This document shows, one piece after another, positions 46,281-56,213 of a stretch of DNA of 64,000 bases. The DNA is from Bacteroidaceae bacterium (GTDB lineage: Bacteria; Bacteroidota; Bacteroidia; Bacteroidales; Bacteroidaceae). The notes beneath the pieces are model-generated. The model did no database searches, was not told the origin of the DNA, and worked only from the letters and a program-made list of their open reading frames with translations. The stretch spans positions 253 to 64,252 of the forward strand of contig JAGABW010000011.1 in the NCBI GenBank assembly GCA_017614465.1, written 5' to 3'. A program made the translations under genes and the position numbers. Position 1 is the stretch's first letter; every line of letters starts with the position of its first letter.

Positions 46281-46511
46281 ATTATATTCTCAACTTTCAG
46301 AATTAATAATTACTTCATAATGTTTTTCCGTTACTTTAGTTAATCTTTCCACACAAGGACTTATCGCCTACAAAGGAATTCCACACAACAAATTGTTCAT
46401 AGTCACCTTTTGTCATCGATAAATCACAAAAGAAAAACATCAATTTAGCGTTATATTTATTATGCAAATATAATATAAAAAAAGGTACTGACAAAATCAT
46501 TAACACAAAAT

Positions 46512-46547
46512 AAAAAAACAGAGCCGTAAGGGTTTCCCACGACTCTG
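46512..46547 (-). terminator. intrinsic terminator after the CANSDH gene
   Basis: Minus strand CAGAGTCGT-gggaaaccctt-ACGGCTCTG followed by T7. Confidence 0.7.
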
Positions 46548-46576
46548 CATATAAGTGTATAAAAGATTTTCAACTA

Positions 46577-47812
46577 TTAGAGTTCAAGATCTTTATTAAA
46601 TTCCTCATGCCAAGGAAGACCTTGTTTATTCAATTGTTCCATAAATGGATCCGGATCAAATTCTTCCACATTCCATACACCCGGACGTTTCCATAATCCC
46701 TTAAAGAACATCATAGCACCAATCATTGCCGGAACACCTGTTGTGTAGCTCACTCCTTGCATTCCAGTTTCCTTGTATGCTTCCTGATGAGAACAGTTAT
46801 TATATACGTAATAAGTAAGTTCTTTACCGTCCTTAATACCACGGATACGGCAACCGATACTTGTCTCACCGTCGTAGTTCTCACCCAAATCTTGAGGATT
46901 TGGAAGTACTGCCTTGAGGAACTGCAATGGAACGATCTTCACCTTAACAGTTTTTCCTGAACCATCAGCCAAAGGAGCCTCATATTCCATCTCGTCAATA
47001 CGTGACATTCCAATATTCTGTATAACATCAAGATAAGTCAGGTATTGTTGACCAAATGTCATCCAGAAACGACCTTGTTTTATTGTAGGATAGTTCTTTA
47101 CAAGTGATTCGAGTTCTTCGTGATGCATAAGATAACTTTCGCGTGGTCCGATATTAGGATAAGTTATCGGTTGATGAACAGACAGCGGTTCAGTCTCAAT
47201 CCATTCACCATCTTTGTAATAAAGTCCCTTTTGAGTTATCTCACGAATATTGATTTCAGGGTTAAAATTAGTTGCAAACGCTTTGTGGTGATTTCCTGCA
47301 TTACAGTCCACTATATCAAGATAATGCATCTCATCAAAATAATGTTTAGCTGCATATGCAGTATAAACACCTGAAACTCCTGGATCAAATCCACATCCTA
47401 ATATTGCAGTCAATCCGGCATCCTCAAAACGTTTCTTATATGCCCACTGCCATGAATATTCAAAATGAGCCTCATCCTTTGGTTCATAATTTGCAGTATC
47501 AAGATAATTGCAACCACACTGCAAGCATGCTTCCATGATAGCCAAATCCTGATAAGGTAATGCCAAATTGATAACCATTTCAGGTTGGAACGACTTCATC
47601 AAAGCTACTAAAGAGTCCACATCATCTGCATCTACAGCAGCTGTAGCCACTTTAACTCCATATTTCTTGTATAACACATCTGCCAATGCGTCGCACTTTT
47701 TCTTAGTACGGCTGGCAATCATTATCTCTGTGAATATGTCAGCATTCTGTGCCAACTTGTGTGCTGCTACGGTACCTACACCACCACAGCCAATTTGTAG
47801 AACTTTACCCAA
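46577..47812 (-). CDS. carboxynorspermidine/carboxyspermidine dehydrogenase (saccharopine dehydrogenase family)
   Basis: VLQIGCGGVGTVAAHKLAQ Rossmann N-terminus, 411 aa, in a polyamine gene context. Confidence 0.85.
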   Translation of the reverse strand: MGKVLQIGCGGVGTVAAHKLAQNADIFTEIMIASRTKKKCDALADVLYKKYGVKVATAAVDADDVDSLVALMKSFQPEMVINLALPYQDLAIMEACLQCGCNYLDTANYEPKDEAHFEYSWQWAYKKRFEDAGLTAILGCGFDPGVSGVYTAYAAKHYFDEMHYLDIVDCNAGNHHKAFATNFNPEINIREITQKGLYYKDGEWIETEPLSVHQPITYPNIGPRESYLMHHEELESLVKNYPTIKQGRFWMTFGQQYLTYLDVIQNIGMSRIDEMEYEAPLADGSGKTVKVKIVPLQFLKAVLPNPQDLGENYDGETSIGCRIRGIKDGKELTYYVYNNCSHQEAYKETGMQGVSYTTGVPAMIGAMMFFKGLWKRPGVWNVEEFDPDPFMEQLNKQGLPWHEEFNKDLEL

Positions 47813-47835
47813 TTTCTTATATGTTTAGATTATTT

Positions 47836-49728
47836 TTATTCAAGATATGTATAACCGTATAAACCGCTTCTGTATGTATTAAGGAATTCTTTTCCTTCAT
47901 CTACGGTTATCTTACCATTCTTCACTGACTTCTTAACCCATGTTTCGAGAGTTCTAACCATCTTCTTGGTATCCCAATCCACATAATCAAGAACATCATC
48001 AACGGTCTCTCCGTCAATCATCTGATCGATCTTATATCCTTCATCGGTAACTGAGATATGTACGGCATTGGTATCGCCAAACAGATTGTGCATATCACCA
48101 AGGATTTCCTGATAAGCACCGACAAGGAACACACCCAGATAATATGTTTCACCTTTCTTGATTGCATGAACTGGCAAACTATTATTAATGGTATTCTCTG
48201 AGATGTATGAAGCCACCTTACCATCGCTGTCGCATGTGATATCCTGCAATGTAGCATGTCTTGTAGGACGTTCACCGAGTCGCTGCAATGGCATAATAGG
48301 GAATACCTGATCAATACCCCATGAGTCTGGCAACGACTGGAACAAAGAGAAATTACAGAAATACTTATCGGCAAGCAGTTTGTTTATCTTATGCAATTCC
48401 TCTGGTGCACGTTTCATCTGTGAAACCAAATTATTAATCTCACGAGTAACGCTCCAGAAGAGTTTCTCAATCTGCGCACGTGTTTTCAAGTCGATGATTC
48501 CGTGAGAAAACAACTCGAGAGTTTCATCACGTATCTGCTCGGCGTCATGCCAGTTCTCCAACGCACTACGTTGAGAGAGGTTATTCCATATATCATAGAG
48601 TTCTTTTACGAACTGATGGTCATTTTCACCCACTTCCCACTCTTCCGGCATTTCAGGCAAAGAAGCTGTTTCAAGTACCTGAACAACCAATACTGAATGG
48701 TGTGCAGCCAACGAACGTCCACTCTCGGTTATGATGTTAGGATGAGGAAGTTCGTTCTTATCACAAGCTTCTTGAATCTGATACAACACATCGTTTACAT
48801 ATTCCTGCATAGAATAGTTAACTGATGACTCTGAACTTGCTGAACGTGTTCCGTCATAATCCACACCTAATCCACCACCTGCATCAATATATTCGATAGG
48901 CAATCCCATCTTATACAATTGTACATAGAATTGTGAAGCCTCACGGATTGCAGTTTTTATGTTACGTATGTTAGTAACCTGACTACCGATATGAAAATGA
49001 ATCAATTTCAGACAGTCATCAAGTCCAATCTGACGCAAACGTTCAATCGCTTCAAGCAACTCACTACTTGTAAGACCAAACTTACTTGCATCGCCACCAC
49101 TGTCTTCCCATTTTCCACTTCCACTGGTTCCAAGTTTAATTCTTACACCGATATTCGGACGTACATTAAGTCGTTTAGAGATATTCCAGATAATCTCCAA
49201 CTCATTCATTTTTTCTACGACAAGAAAAATTCTCTTACCCATCTTTTGGGCAAGCAGAGCCAATTCAATATAGCTTTCATCCTTATATCCATTACAGATA
49301 ATGAGGTTATCTGTGGCTACATTTGCAGCAATAACTGCATGGAGTTCTGGTTTTGAACCTGCCTCCAATCCCAAATTGAATTTCTGGCCATGAAGAATAA
49401 TTTCTTCAACAACAGGACGCATCTGATTGACCTTGATAGGATAAACAGAATAGCATTTTCCTTTATATCCATATTCGTCACAGGCATGTTTATAACAACA
49501 TGACATGCTTTCTATACGATTATCCAAGATATCAGGAAACCTCAATAATACAGGCGCACTTATATCCGATAACGACAGTTCGTCCATCACCTCACGAAGA
49601 TCTACTTCGATATTATTCTTATTAGGGGTTACCACAACATGTCCTTTTTCGTTCACACCGAAATATGAGACACCCCAGCCCTTAATATTGTAAAGATCAA
49701 TAGAATCTTCAATATGCCATTTCTTCAT
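47836..49728 (-). CDS. speA: biosynthetic arginine decarboxylase
   Basis: 630 aa PLP-dependent fold III decarboxylase with an N-terminus WHIEDSIDLYNIKGWG typical of SpeA. Confidence 0.9.
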   Translation of the reverse strand: MKKWHIEDSIDLYNIKGWGVSYFGVNEKGHVVVTPNKNNIEVDLREVMDELSLSDISAPVLLRFPDILDNRIESMSCCYKHACDEYGYKGKCYSVYPIKVNQMRPVVEEIILHGQKFNLGLEAGSKPELHAVIAANVATDNLIICNGYKDESYIELALLAQKMGKRIFLVVEKMNELEIIWNISKRLNVRPNIGVRIKLGTSGSGKWEDSGGDASKFGLTSSELLEAIERLRQIGLDDCLKLIHFHIGSQVTNIRNIKTAIREASQFYVQLYKMGLPIEYIDAGGGLGVDYDGTRSASSESSVNYSMQEYVNDVLYQIQEACDKNELPHPNIITESGRSLAAHHSVLVVQVLETASLPEMPEEWEVGENDHQFVKELYDIWNNLSQRSALENWHDAEQIRDETLELFSHGIIDLKTRAQIEKLFWSVTREINNLVSQMKRAPEELHKINKLLADKYFCNFSLFQSLPDSWGIDQVFPIMPLQRLGERPTRHATLQDITCDSDGKVASYISENTINNSLPVHAIKKGETYYLGVFLVGAYQEILGDMHNLFGDTNAVHISVTDEGYKIDQMIDGETVDDVLDYVDWDTKKMVRTLETWVKKSVKNGKITVDEGKEFLNTYRSGLYGYTYLE

Positions 49729-49821
49729 TTTCTTTATTAATGGTTGAATCTTTTCTTGTTAAAAAAGTGTTTAACTATTAATGATTTTGAGAATTATCTG
49801 TTACACACTAAAAATAGTATG

Positions 49822-49829
49822 CAAAAGTA
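49822..49829 (-). promoter_or_regulatory. -7 box TACTTTTG upstream of speA
   Basis: TAnnTTTG match in the divergent speA/nspC intergenic region. Confidence 0.45.
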
Positions 49830-49924
49830 CAAAAAAAGAAATAACAAAGCATATATTTTTTCTAAAAAAATATTGTATCGGCAAAAAAATGCCCAATACT
49901 GAAAGAATATCCGATTATTATATG

Positions 49925-49932
49925 TACTTTTG
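49925..49932 (+). promoter_or_regulatory. -7 box TACTTTTG upstream of nspC
   Basis: TAnnTTTG match 25 nt upstream of the ATG at 49957. Confidence 0.5.
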
Positions 49933-49956
49933 CAAAAAACAAAGTTGCATTTAACA

Positions 49957-51114
49957 ATGGAATCAGATATTTTAAAAGAAGACTACAAAGATTTTCCATC
50001 ACCATGTTACGTAATCGAAGAACGCTTACTACGTAGGAATCTGAAACTTATCCAAAACGTAGCCAACGAGGCAAATGTGGAAATCATACTTGCCTTCAAG
50101 GCGTATGCCCTATGGAAAACCTTTCCTATCTTCAGAGAATATATCAACCACACTACAGCCAGTTCACTATACGAAGCACGACTGGCCTTCGAGAAATTCG
50201 GAAGTAAAGCTCACACTTATTCTCCTGCATATACAGACGAGGATTTTCCTGAGATTGCTGATTACAGCAGCCACATCACATTCAACTCACTTAATCAGTT
50301 TGAGCATTTCTATCCGATAGCTAAGGAAAAGAACATCTCATGCGGAATAAGAATCAATCCCGAATATAGCGAGATTGAGACTGACCTTTATAATCCATGT
50401 GCAGCAGGAAGTCGTTTTGGACTAATTTCCAGCGATTTACCAGAAGAATTACCCGAAGGGATAGACGGTTTCCATTGTCATTGTCACTGCGAATCATCAA
50501 GTGAAAACCTGCAACGCACCCTTACGCATATAGAAGAGAAATTCGGCCGTTGGCTTCCCAAACTAAAATGGCTGAATTTAGGAGGTGGACATCTGATGAC
50601 ACGAAAAGACTATAACATAGAACTTCTCATATCACTTTTAAAGGACTTGCATAAGCGTTACCCTAACCTGAATATCATACTCGAACCTGGTAGTGCTTTC
50701 GGTTGGCAGACAGGCCCATTGATCTCACAGGTTGTGGATATTGTTGAAAATAAAGGGATAAAAACGGCTATATTAAATGTGAGTTTCACATGCCATATGC
50801 CAGATTGTCTGGAAATGCCATATCACCCTGAAGTGCGCGGAGCCGTTGTCACTGAAAAAGAAAAAGGTGAGTTTGTTTACCGACTTGGAGGCAACAGCTG
50901 TCTGAGTGGTGATTTTATGAGTTCATGGCAATTCGACCACGAACTGAAAATCGGTGAATACATCGTTTTTGAGGATATGATCCATTACACAACTGTAAAA
51001 ACATGTATGTTCAACGGAATCAGCCACCCTTCAATAGCAATGCTCCACAACGATCATTCCATCGAAATACTCCGACAATACCAATTCGAGGATTATCTCA
51101 ACAGAATGGACTGA
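49957..51114 (+). CDS. nspC: carboxynorspermidine/carboxyspermidine decarboxylase
   Basis: SPCYVIEERLLRRNL N-terminus and a fold III decarboxylase layout. ATG at 49957 is preferred to the TTG at 49930. Confidence 0.85.
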   Translation: MESDILKEDYKDFPSPCYVIEERLLRRNLKLIQNVANEANVEIILAFKAYALWKTFPIFREYINHTTASSLYEARLAFEKFGSKAHTYSPAYTDEDFPEIADYSSHITFNSLNQFEHFYPIAKEKNISCGIRINPEYSEIETDLYNPCAAGSRFGLISSDLPEELPEGIDGFHCHCHCESSSENLQRTLTHIEEKFGRWLPKLKWLNLGGGHLMTRKDYNIELLISLLKDLHKRYPNLNIILEPGSAFGWQTGPLISQVVDIVENKGIKTAILNVSFTCHMPDCLEMPYHPEVRGAVVTEKEKGEFVYRLGGNSCLSGDFMSSWQFDHELKIGEYIVFEDMIHYTTVKTCMFNGISHPSIAMLHNDHSIEILRQYQFEDYLNRMD

Positions 51115-51177
51115 GAAAAGAATCACAATTGACAATTAAAGTTACAACTGATAATTAATAAGTGATAATCAGCTTAG

Positions 51178-51215
51178 CCCTGAGAATTTCCAACTCTCAA
51201 CTTTCGATTTTCAAC
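51178..51215 (-). repeat. short 3'-flanking repeat (GTTGAAAATYGARAGTTGARAGTTG..AATTCTCA.GGG), copy 1
   Basis: Its reverse complement aligns at about 85 percent with 60587..60625. Starts immediately after the aguB stop. Confidence 0.8.
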
Positions 51216-52118
51216 TTAATTAAGATTATCTTTATCGTCTATAAATCGTTTTGTCAATCCATTGAATTCTTCAATGCGGCGATCACGAAGGAATGGCCAC
51301 CAACGACGCACATTCTCACTTCGTTCCATATCAACAGTAACTATCAGAGTTTCTTCTGTTGTTCCAGCCTCAGCAATAAATTCGCCTTGAGGTCCAGCCA
51401 CAAAACTATGTCCCCAGAAAGTGATTCCATTAGTTTGCTTACTTGGATCAGCTTCATAACCACATCGATTTACTGCAATCACAGGAATACCATTTGCCAC
51501 AGCATGACCTCTCTGAACAGTCTGCCATGCACCCAACTGGCGTTGTTTTTCATCTTCCGTATCAGTACTTTCCCATCCGATTGCTGTTGGATAAATAAGT
51601 AGTTCAGCACCTTGAAGAGCCATAAGTCGTGCTCCTTCAGGATACCATTGATCCCAACATACCTGAACTCCCAACTTGCCTACAGATGTCTGTATAGGAT
51701 GAAAGCCTAAATCGCCAGGAGTAAAATAGAATTTTTCATAATAAGCCGGATCATCAGGTATATGCATCTTGCGATACTTTCCCGCAATTGTTCCGTCACG
51801 CTCAATTACGACAGCCGTGTTATGATACAATCCGGCAGCACGACGTTCAAAAAGCGAAGTAACAATCACCACATTATTCTGTCGTGCCACTTCTCCATAA
51901 AATTCAGTAGAAGGACCTGGAATCGGCTCTGCCAAATCGAAATTATCGGTTGACTCCACCTGACAGAAATACAATGAATTATGCAATTCCTGCAACACAA
52001 CAAGTTCTGCACCTTTCTGTGCTGCTTGCTTTATTTCCAAAGCCAACATCTGCATATTTTTACTAACATCAGCACTAATGCTCTGTTGGATAAGCGCTAC
52101 TTTTAGTTTTTTGCTCAC
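51216..52118 (-). CDS. aguB: N-carbamoylputrescine amidase (carbon-nitrogen hydrolase family)
   Basis: Nitrilase-superfamily layout with a catalytic Cys region (VQVCWDQWYPE), adjacent to aguA. Confidence 0.85.
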   Translation of the reverse strand: MSKKLKVALIQQSISADVSKNMQMLALEIKQAAQKGAELVVLQELHNSLYFCQVESTDNFDLAEPIPGPSTEFYGEVARQNNVVIVTSLFERRAAGLYHNTAVVIERDGTIAGKYRKMHIPDDPAYYEKFYFTPGDLGFHPIQTSVGKLGVQVCWDQWYPEGARLMALQGAELLIYPTAIGWESTDTEDEKQRQLGAWQTVQRGHAVANGIPVIAVNRCGYEADPSKQTNGITFWGHSFVAGPQGEFIAEAGTTEETLIVTVDMERSENVRRWWPFLRDRRIEEFNGLTKRFIDDKDNLN

Positions 52119-52167
52119 GTACTTATATATTCTATTGGTTAATACTTGATTTTCAATACATTGTGTA

Positions 52168-53202
52168 TTATTTAAAATACTGCATGGTTACACAATGCAA
52201 GGAACCATGCTGCTTTACAAGAACACTACAATCTATGCCCACGATCTTTCTATCGGGAAATGCCATTTGTAACACACCCTTAGCGGCATTGTCTTTTTCC
52301 TCACAGTTATATGTAGGCATCAAAACAGCACCGTTTATTATCAAGAAGTTAGCATAAGTGGCTGGTAGTCGCAAACCATCTTCGTCGTACATAGGTTTTG
52401 CCATTGGCAACGGCAACAATCTGTATGGTTTACCTTCTTTTGTTGTCAAAGCCTTAAGTTCTTGTTCCATCAGATGAAGTTCCTCGTAATCATCATCTTG
52501 TTCATCCATACACTGAACATATACGATTGTATCATCTGGGCAAAAACGAGCCAAAGTATCAATATGCCCATCGGTATCATCTCCGCTCAAATTACCATGA
52601 TCAAGCCACAGCACGCGTTCTGCGCCCAATAAAGATGTCAGCATCTTTTCGGCTTCTTGTTTATCCGCGAACCAGTTTCGGTTCGGAGCGAACAAACAGT
52701 TTGTAGTGGTCATGATAGTGCCTTTACCGTCGCTTTCGATACTTCCACCTTCAAGCACGACCTTTCTTTCGTCAGCATACACCACATCGGAGAACAAGTC
52801 AGCTTCATACAATGCCTCATTAATAAGATTGTCTTTATCTGACGCAAATTTTTGTCCCCAGCCATTGAAACAGAAATCATGCAATAAGGTATTGCCGTCT
52901 TCATCAACAGTTGTTATGAATCCATGATCACGTGCCCATGTGTCATTGCTTTCACACTCAAACATCACGACCTCATGTTCACCGTCATAAATCATGGCTT
53001 CATCCATCTGTTGTTCCACAGCATTCACATCGGGACTTACAACGAGTAAATCTTCTTGTTTCAACACCTCATGTGCAATCTGAAGAAAGCACGAATATGC
53101 TTCTTCTAAATATGGTTTCCAGTCTGTATCCTGATGGGGCCAAGTCAATTGGACGAACTTCTGTTCTTCCCACTCGGCAGGCATTCGTTCCTTTTGTTTC
53201 AT
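52168..53202 (-). CDS. aguA: agmatine deiminase
   Basis: RMPAEWEEQ N-terminus and a C-terminal GSLHCVT catalytic Cys motif. Confidence 0.9.
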   Translation of the reverse strand: MKQKERMPAEWEEQKFVQLTWPHQDTDWKPYLEEAYSCFLQIAHEVLKQEDLLVVSPDVNAVEQQMDEAMIYDGEHEVVMFECESNDTWARDHGFITTVDEDGNTLLHDFCFNGWGQKFASDKDNLINEALYEADLFSDVVYADERKVVLEGGSIESDGKGTIMTTTNCLFAPNRNWFADKQEAEKMLTSLLGAERVLWLDHGNLSGDDTDGHIDTLARFCPDDTIVYVQCMDEQDDDYEELHLMEQELKALTTKEGKPYRLLPLPMAKPMYDEDGLRLPATYANFLIINGAVLMPTYNCEEKDNAAKGVLQMAFPDRKIVGIDCSVLVKQHGSLHCVTMQYFK

Positions 53203-53343
53203 ACAATTTTCTTTTGTGCAAAATTACTATATTTTTTTCAAACGAACCACTTTTTATATGAAAAGTTTAAAATTCGTTCAATAGTTAACCGAATGCACAC
53301 ATCACCGACAAAAAACTTATCGTAATTGCATGAAAAATCGAGC

Positions 53344-53841
53344 TTAGCAAACCATATGTTTTCTGACTCTCTTAAATATCTTGACGTAATGATACACACC
53401 CTCGAAATCTGTTCCTTCGATTATCAATTCATCGGAATCAAGTTTTAGGATTTTTTCTCTGAAATCGTCGTATTCCGACAGATAAATCTTATTATCATTT
53501 TTCTTAAGAAAAACACGGTTAGAGAATAGTGTGTTCCACTTTTTAAATATTGAATCGTAGGTAAGACATTCGTCGGTGAAAACCATCCTCTTGTTTAGAG
53601 TGAACCTATGCTTTTCAGAAGAATCAAGCTCTTTTTTATAAGGAAAATTTCCAACACTGTCATTAACAACTTTTCCATCGATTTTTTCTCTCACACGGAG
53701 TTTCACCAACCACCATTCACCAGTAAGATAGTCGGGATTTACAATACCTTCGGATTCCTCTTTTTCTTGAGTTTCATTATTAGACGATGCAAAGGTAAAT
53801 ACAGGTAGGCATAAAGACATTAACAATAAAAATTTTTTCAT
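53344..53841 (-). CDS. hypothetical secreted protein
   Basis: 165 aa with a signal peptide; -7 box TACCTTTG upstream at about 53884-53891. Confidence 0.6.
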   Translation of the reverse strand: MKKFLLLMSLCLPVFTFASSNNETQEKEESEGIVNPDYLTGEWWLVKLRVREKIDGKVVNDSVGNFPYKKELDSSEKHRFTLNKRMVFTDECLTYDSIFKKWNTLFSNRVFLKKNDNKIYLSEYDDFREKILKLDSDELIIEGTDFEGVYHYVKIFKRVRKHMVC

Positions 53842-54127
53842 AATAAATTTTGCTTATAGGTTTTATCAATCGTTGTTGTTGCAAAGGTAAAATTTTTAAT
53901 TTAGAAATCAAAAAAATTAAAGCAATTTATTTTAAATATTTCCCTTCATATGCGGGATTTGCCGTCGCGCCAGCCAATTCTTGCGCAGCAAAACAGGCGT
54001 TTTCAGGAAGTCAGACAATAGTCCATATTCGTCAGGTCGACATGTATCTTTTCGGGTTTTATGACGACTAAACAACATAGTTGTTAATAAATTTCGTAGA
54101 ACTGGCGGTCAAATGGCAATAAATTAT

Positions 54128-54135
54128 TATCTTTG
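54128..54135 (+). promoter_or_regulatory. -7 box TATCTTTG upstream of the DPP III gene
   Basis: TAnnTTTG match 30 nt upstream of the ATG. Confidence 0.5.
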
Positions 54136-54164
54136 CACTTGATTACAGTAGATATGCAATCCAT

Positions 54165-56213
54165 ATGGGTAGATTTATTAAAACAATAACACTATCAGCA
54201 TTAACATTTGTATGCTGCAACAATCAAATGGTAGCAAGCATGAGCAATATAAACAACGACAATTTCGAATATGCAAATGAGCGTTTTGCTGATTTGCAAA
54301 TGCTTAGATACAAGGTTGAAGGATTCAACAACCTCACTCTTAAACAAAAGACTTTAATTTATCATTTAAGTGAAGCGGCACTTTACGGACGTGACATACT
54401 TTTCGACCAGAACGGCAAATATAATTTAAGAATCAAACAGATTCTTGAGGACATCTACCTCTCTAAGAATGTAGACCGCCAGTCCGACGACTTCAAGGCG
54501 ATGGAGATATACCTCAAACGTGTATGGTTCTCAAACGGCATCCACCATCACTACGGATGCGATAAGTTCATACCTGGTTTCTCAGAGAGTTGGTTCCGTT
54601 CGGCTTGGGATAAATGCAAGAGCAAAGAACATGCTGAATCTATCAATATCGACGAGATATGCAATGTAATCTTCAATCCTGAAATCATGCCAAAGCGTGT
54701 GAGCCTATCGGGAAAGGACTTAGTAAAGGCATCTGCTTGTAATTACTACGAAAATGTGACACAAGAAGAAGCCGAGAAATATTATAACACACTGAAAGCA
54801 CAAGGAAATCCTGAGCGACCAGTGATGTACGGAATGAACAGCCGTCTGGCTAAAGACAAAAACGGTAACATCATAGAAAAGAAATGGACTGCAAGCACCA
54901 TGTACGGTAGTGCTATAAACAAGATTATTGAGCACTTGAAACTTGCAAGACCATTTGTTGAAGATGAACAACAGGGCAAGGTGCTCGACAAACTGATTGA
55001 TTATTACATCACTGGAGATCTAAAGACTTTCGATGAATACAGCATCTTATGGGTGGAAAACACAGAGCCACTCGTAGATTTCGTCAATGGATTCATTGAA
55101 TGCTACGGTGATCCTCTCGGTCTGAAATGTTCATGGGAGTCAATTGTCAACTTCAAAGATGTTGAAGCCACAAAACGCACTGAGACTCTCTCAAAAAATG
55201 CACAATGGTTCGAAGACCATTCACCCGTGGACGAAAAGTTCAAGAAAGAAAACGTAAAAGGAATATCAGCCAAGGTCATCAACGCTGCAATTCTTGCCGG
55301 AGACCTATACCCCGCAACTGCTATCGGCATCAACCTGCCAAACAGCGACTGGGTTCGTAAAGAACACGGAAGCAAGTCTGTGACTATAGGAAACCTCACA
55401 AGCGCATACAGCAAGGCTGCAGGCAACGGAATGAGAAAAGAATTCTGTTTCTCACAAGAAGAAGTGGATTTGATTGAGAAATATGGCGACACCACAGACG
55501 ACCTCCACACAGACCTCCACGAATGTCTGGGTCATGGTTCCGGTAAGCTCTTACCAGGTGTTGACGGTGACAGTCTGAAAGAATATGGTTCTACAATCGA
55601 AGAAGCCAGAGCCGATTTATTTGCATTATATTATCTGGCTGATCCAAAACTCATTGAATTGGGATTAGTTCCAGACGATATCGCATATCGTTCTGAATAC
55701 TACACATATATGATGAACGGATACATGACTCAGTTAGTACGTATCGAATTGGGCAAAGACATTGAGGAAGCCCACATGCGCAACAGAGCATTGATTGCAA
55801 ACTGGGTTATGGATCATTCTGATTGTAAAAACGACACACCTGTAGTTAGTGTTATTCATCGTGAAGGAAAAACCTACATCAAGGTAAATGATTATACACA
55901 ACTACGCAATCTGTTTGGAGAATTATTAGCTGAGATTCAAAGAATAAAAAGTGAAGGAGATTATAGAGCAGCAAAGAATCTCGTTGAGAAATATGGTGTA
56001 AAGATTGACAAGACCCTGCACCAGGAAGTTCTTGAACGTTATAACAAACTGAATCTGGCTCCATACAAAGGATTCATCAATCCTGTATATAAGCCAACAT
56101 ACGACAAGGACGGAAACATCACTGACATTACAATTGACTATACAGAATCATACACAAACCAAATGCTTCGATATAGTCACGATTATCGCACATTGCCTCT
56201 CATAAATGAATAA
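54165..56213 (+). CDS. dipeptidyl-peptidase III (M49 family)
   Basis: HECLGHGSGKL (HExxGH) plus EEARADL second zinc motif; 682 aa with a signal peptide. Confidence 0.85.
   Translation: MGRFIKTITLSALTFVCCNNQMVASMSNINNDNFEYANERFADLQMLRYKVEGFNNLTLKQKTLIYHLSEAALYGRDILFDQNGKYNLRIKQILEDIYLSKNVDRQSDDFKAMEIYLKRVWFSNGIHHHYGCDKFIPGFSESWFRSAWDKCKSKEHAESINIDEICNVIFNPEIMPKRVSLSGKDLVKASACNYYENVTQEEAEKYYNTLKAQGNPERPVMYGMNSRLAKDKNGNIIEKKWTASTMYGSAINKIIEHLKLARPFVEDEQQGKVLDKLIDYYITGDLKTFDEYSILWVENTEPLVDFVNGFIECYGDPLGLKCSWESIVNFKDVEATKRTETLSKNAQWFEDHSPVDEKFKKENVKGISAKVINAAILAGDLYPATAIGINLPNSDWVRKEHGSKSVTIGNLTSAYSKAAGNGMRKEFCFSQEEVDLIEKYGDTTDDLHTDLHECLGHGSGKLLPGVDGDSLKEYGSTIEEARADLFALYYLADPKLIELGLVPDDIAYRSEYYTYMMNGYMTQLVRIELGKDIEEAHMRNRALIANWVMDHSDCKNDTPVVSVIHREGKTYIKVNDYTQLRNLFGELLAEIQRIKSEGDYRAAKNLVEKYGVKIDKTLHQEVLERYNKLNLAPYKGFINPVYKPTYDKDGNITDITIDYTESYTNQMLRYSHDYRTLPLINE

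Noticed and set aside
51162-51602. 146-aa + strand ORF
   Set aside because: Antisense to aguB, with a Ser/Ile/Phe-rich nonsense-like sequence.
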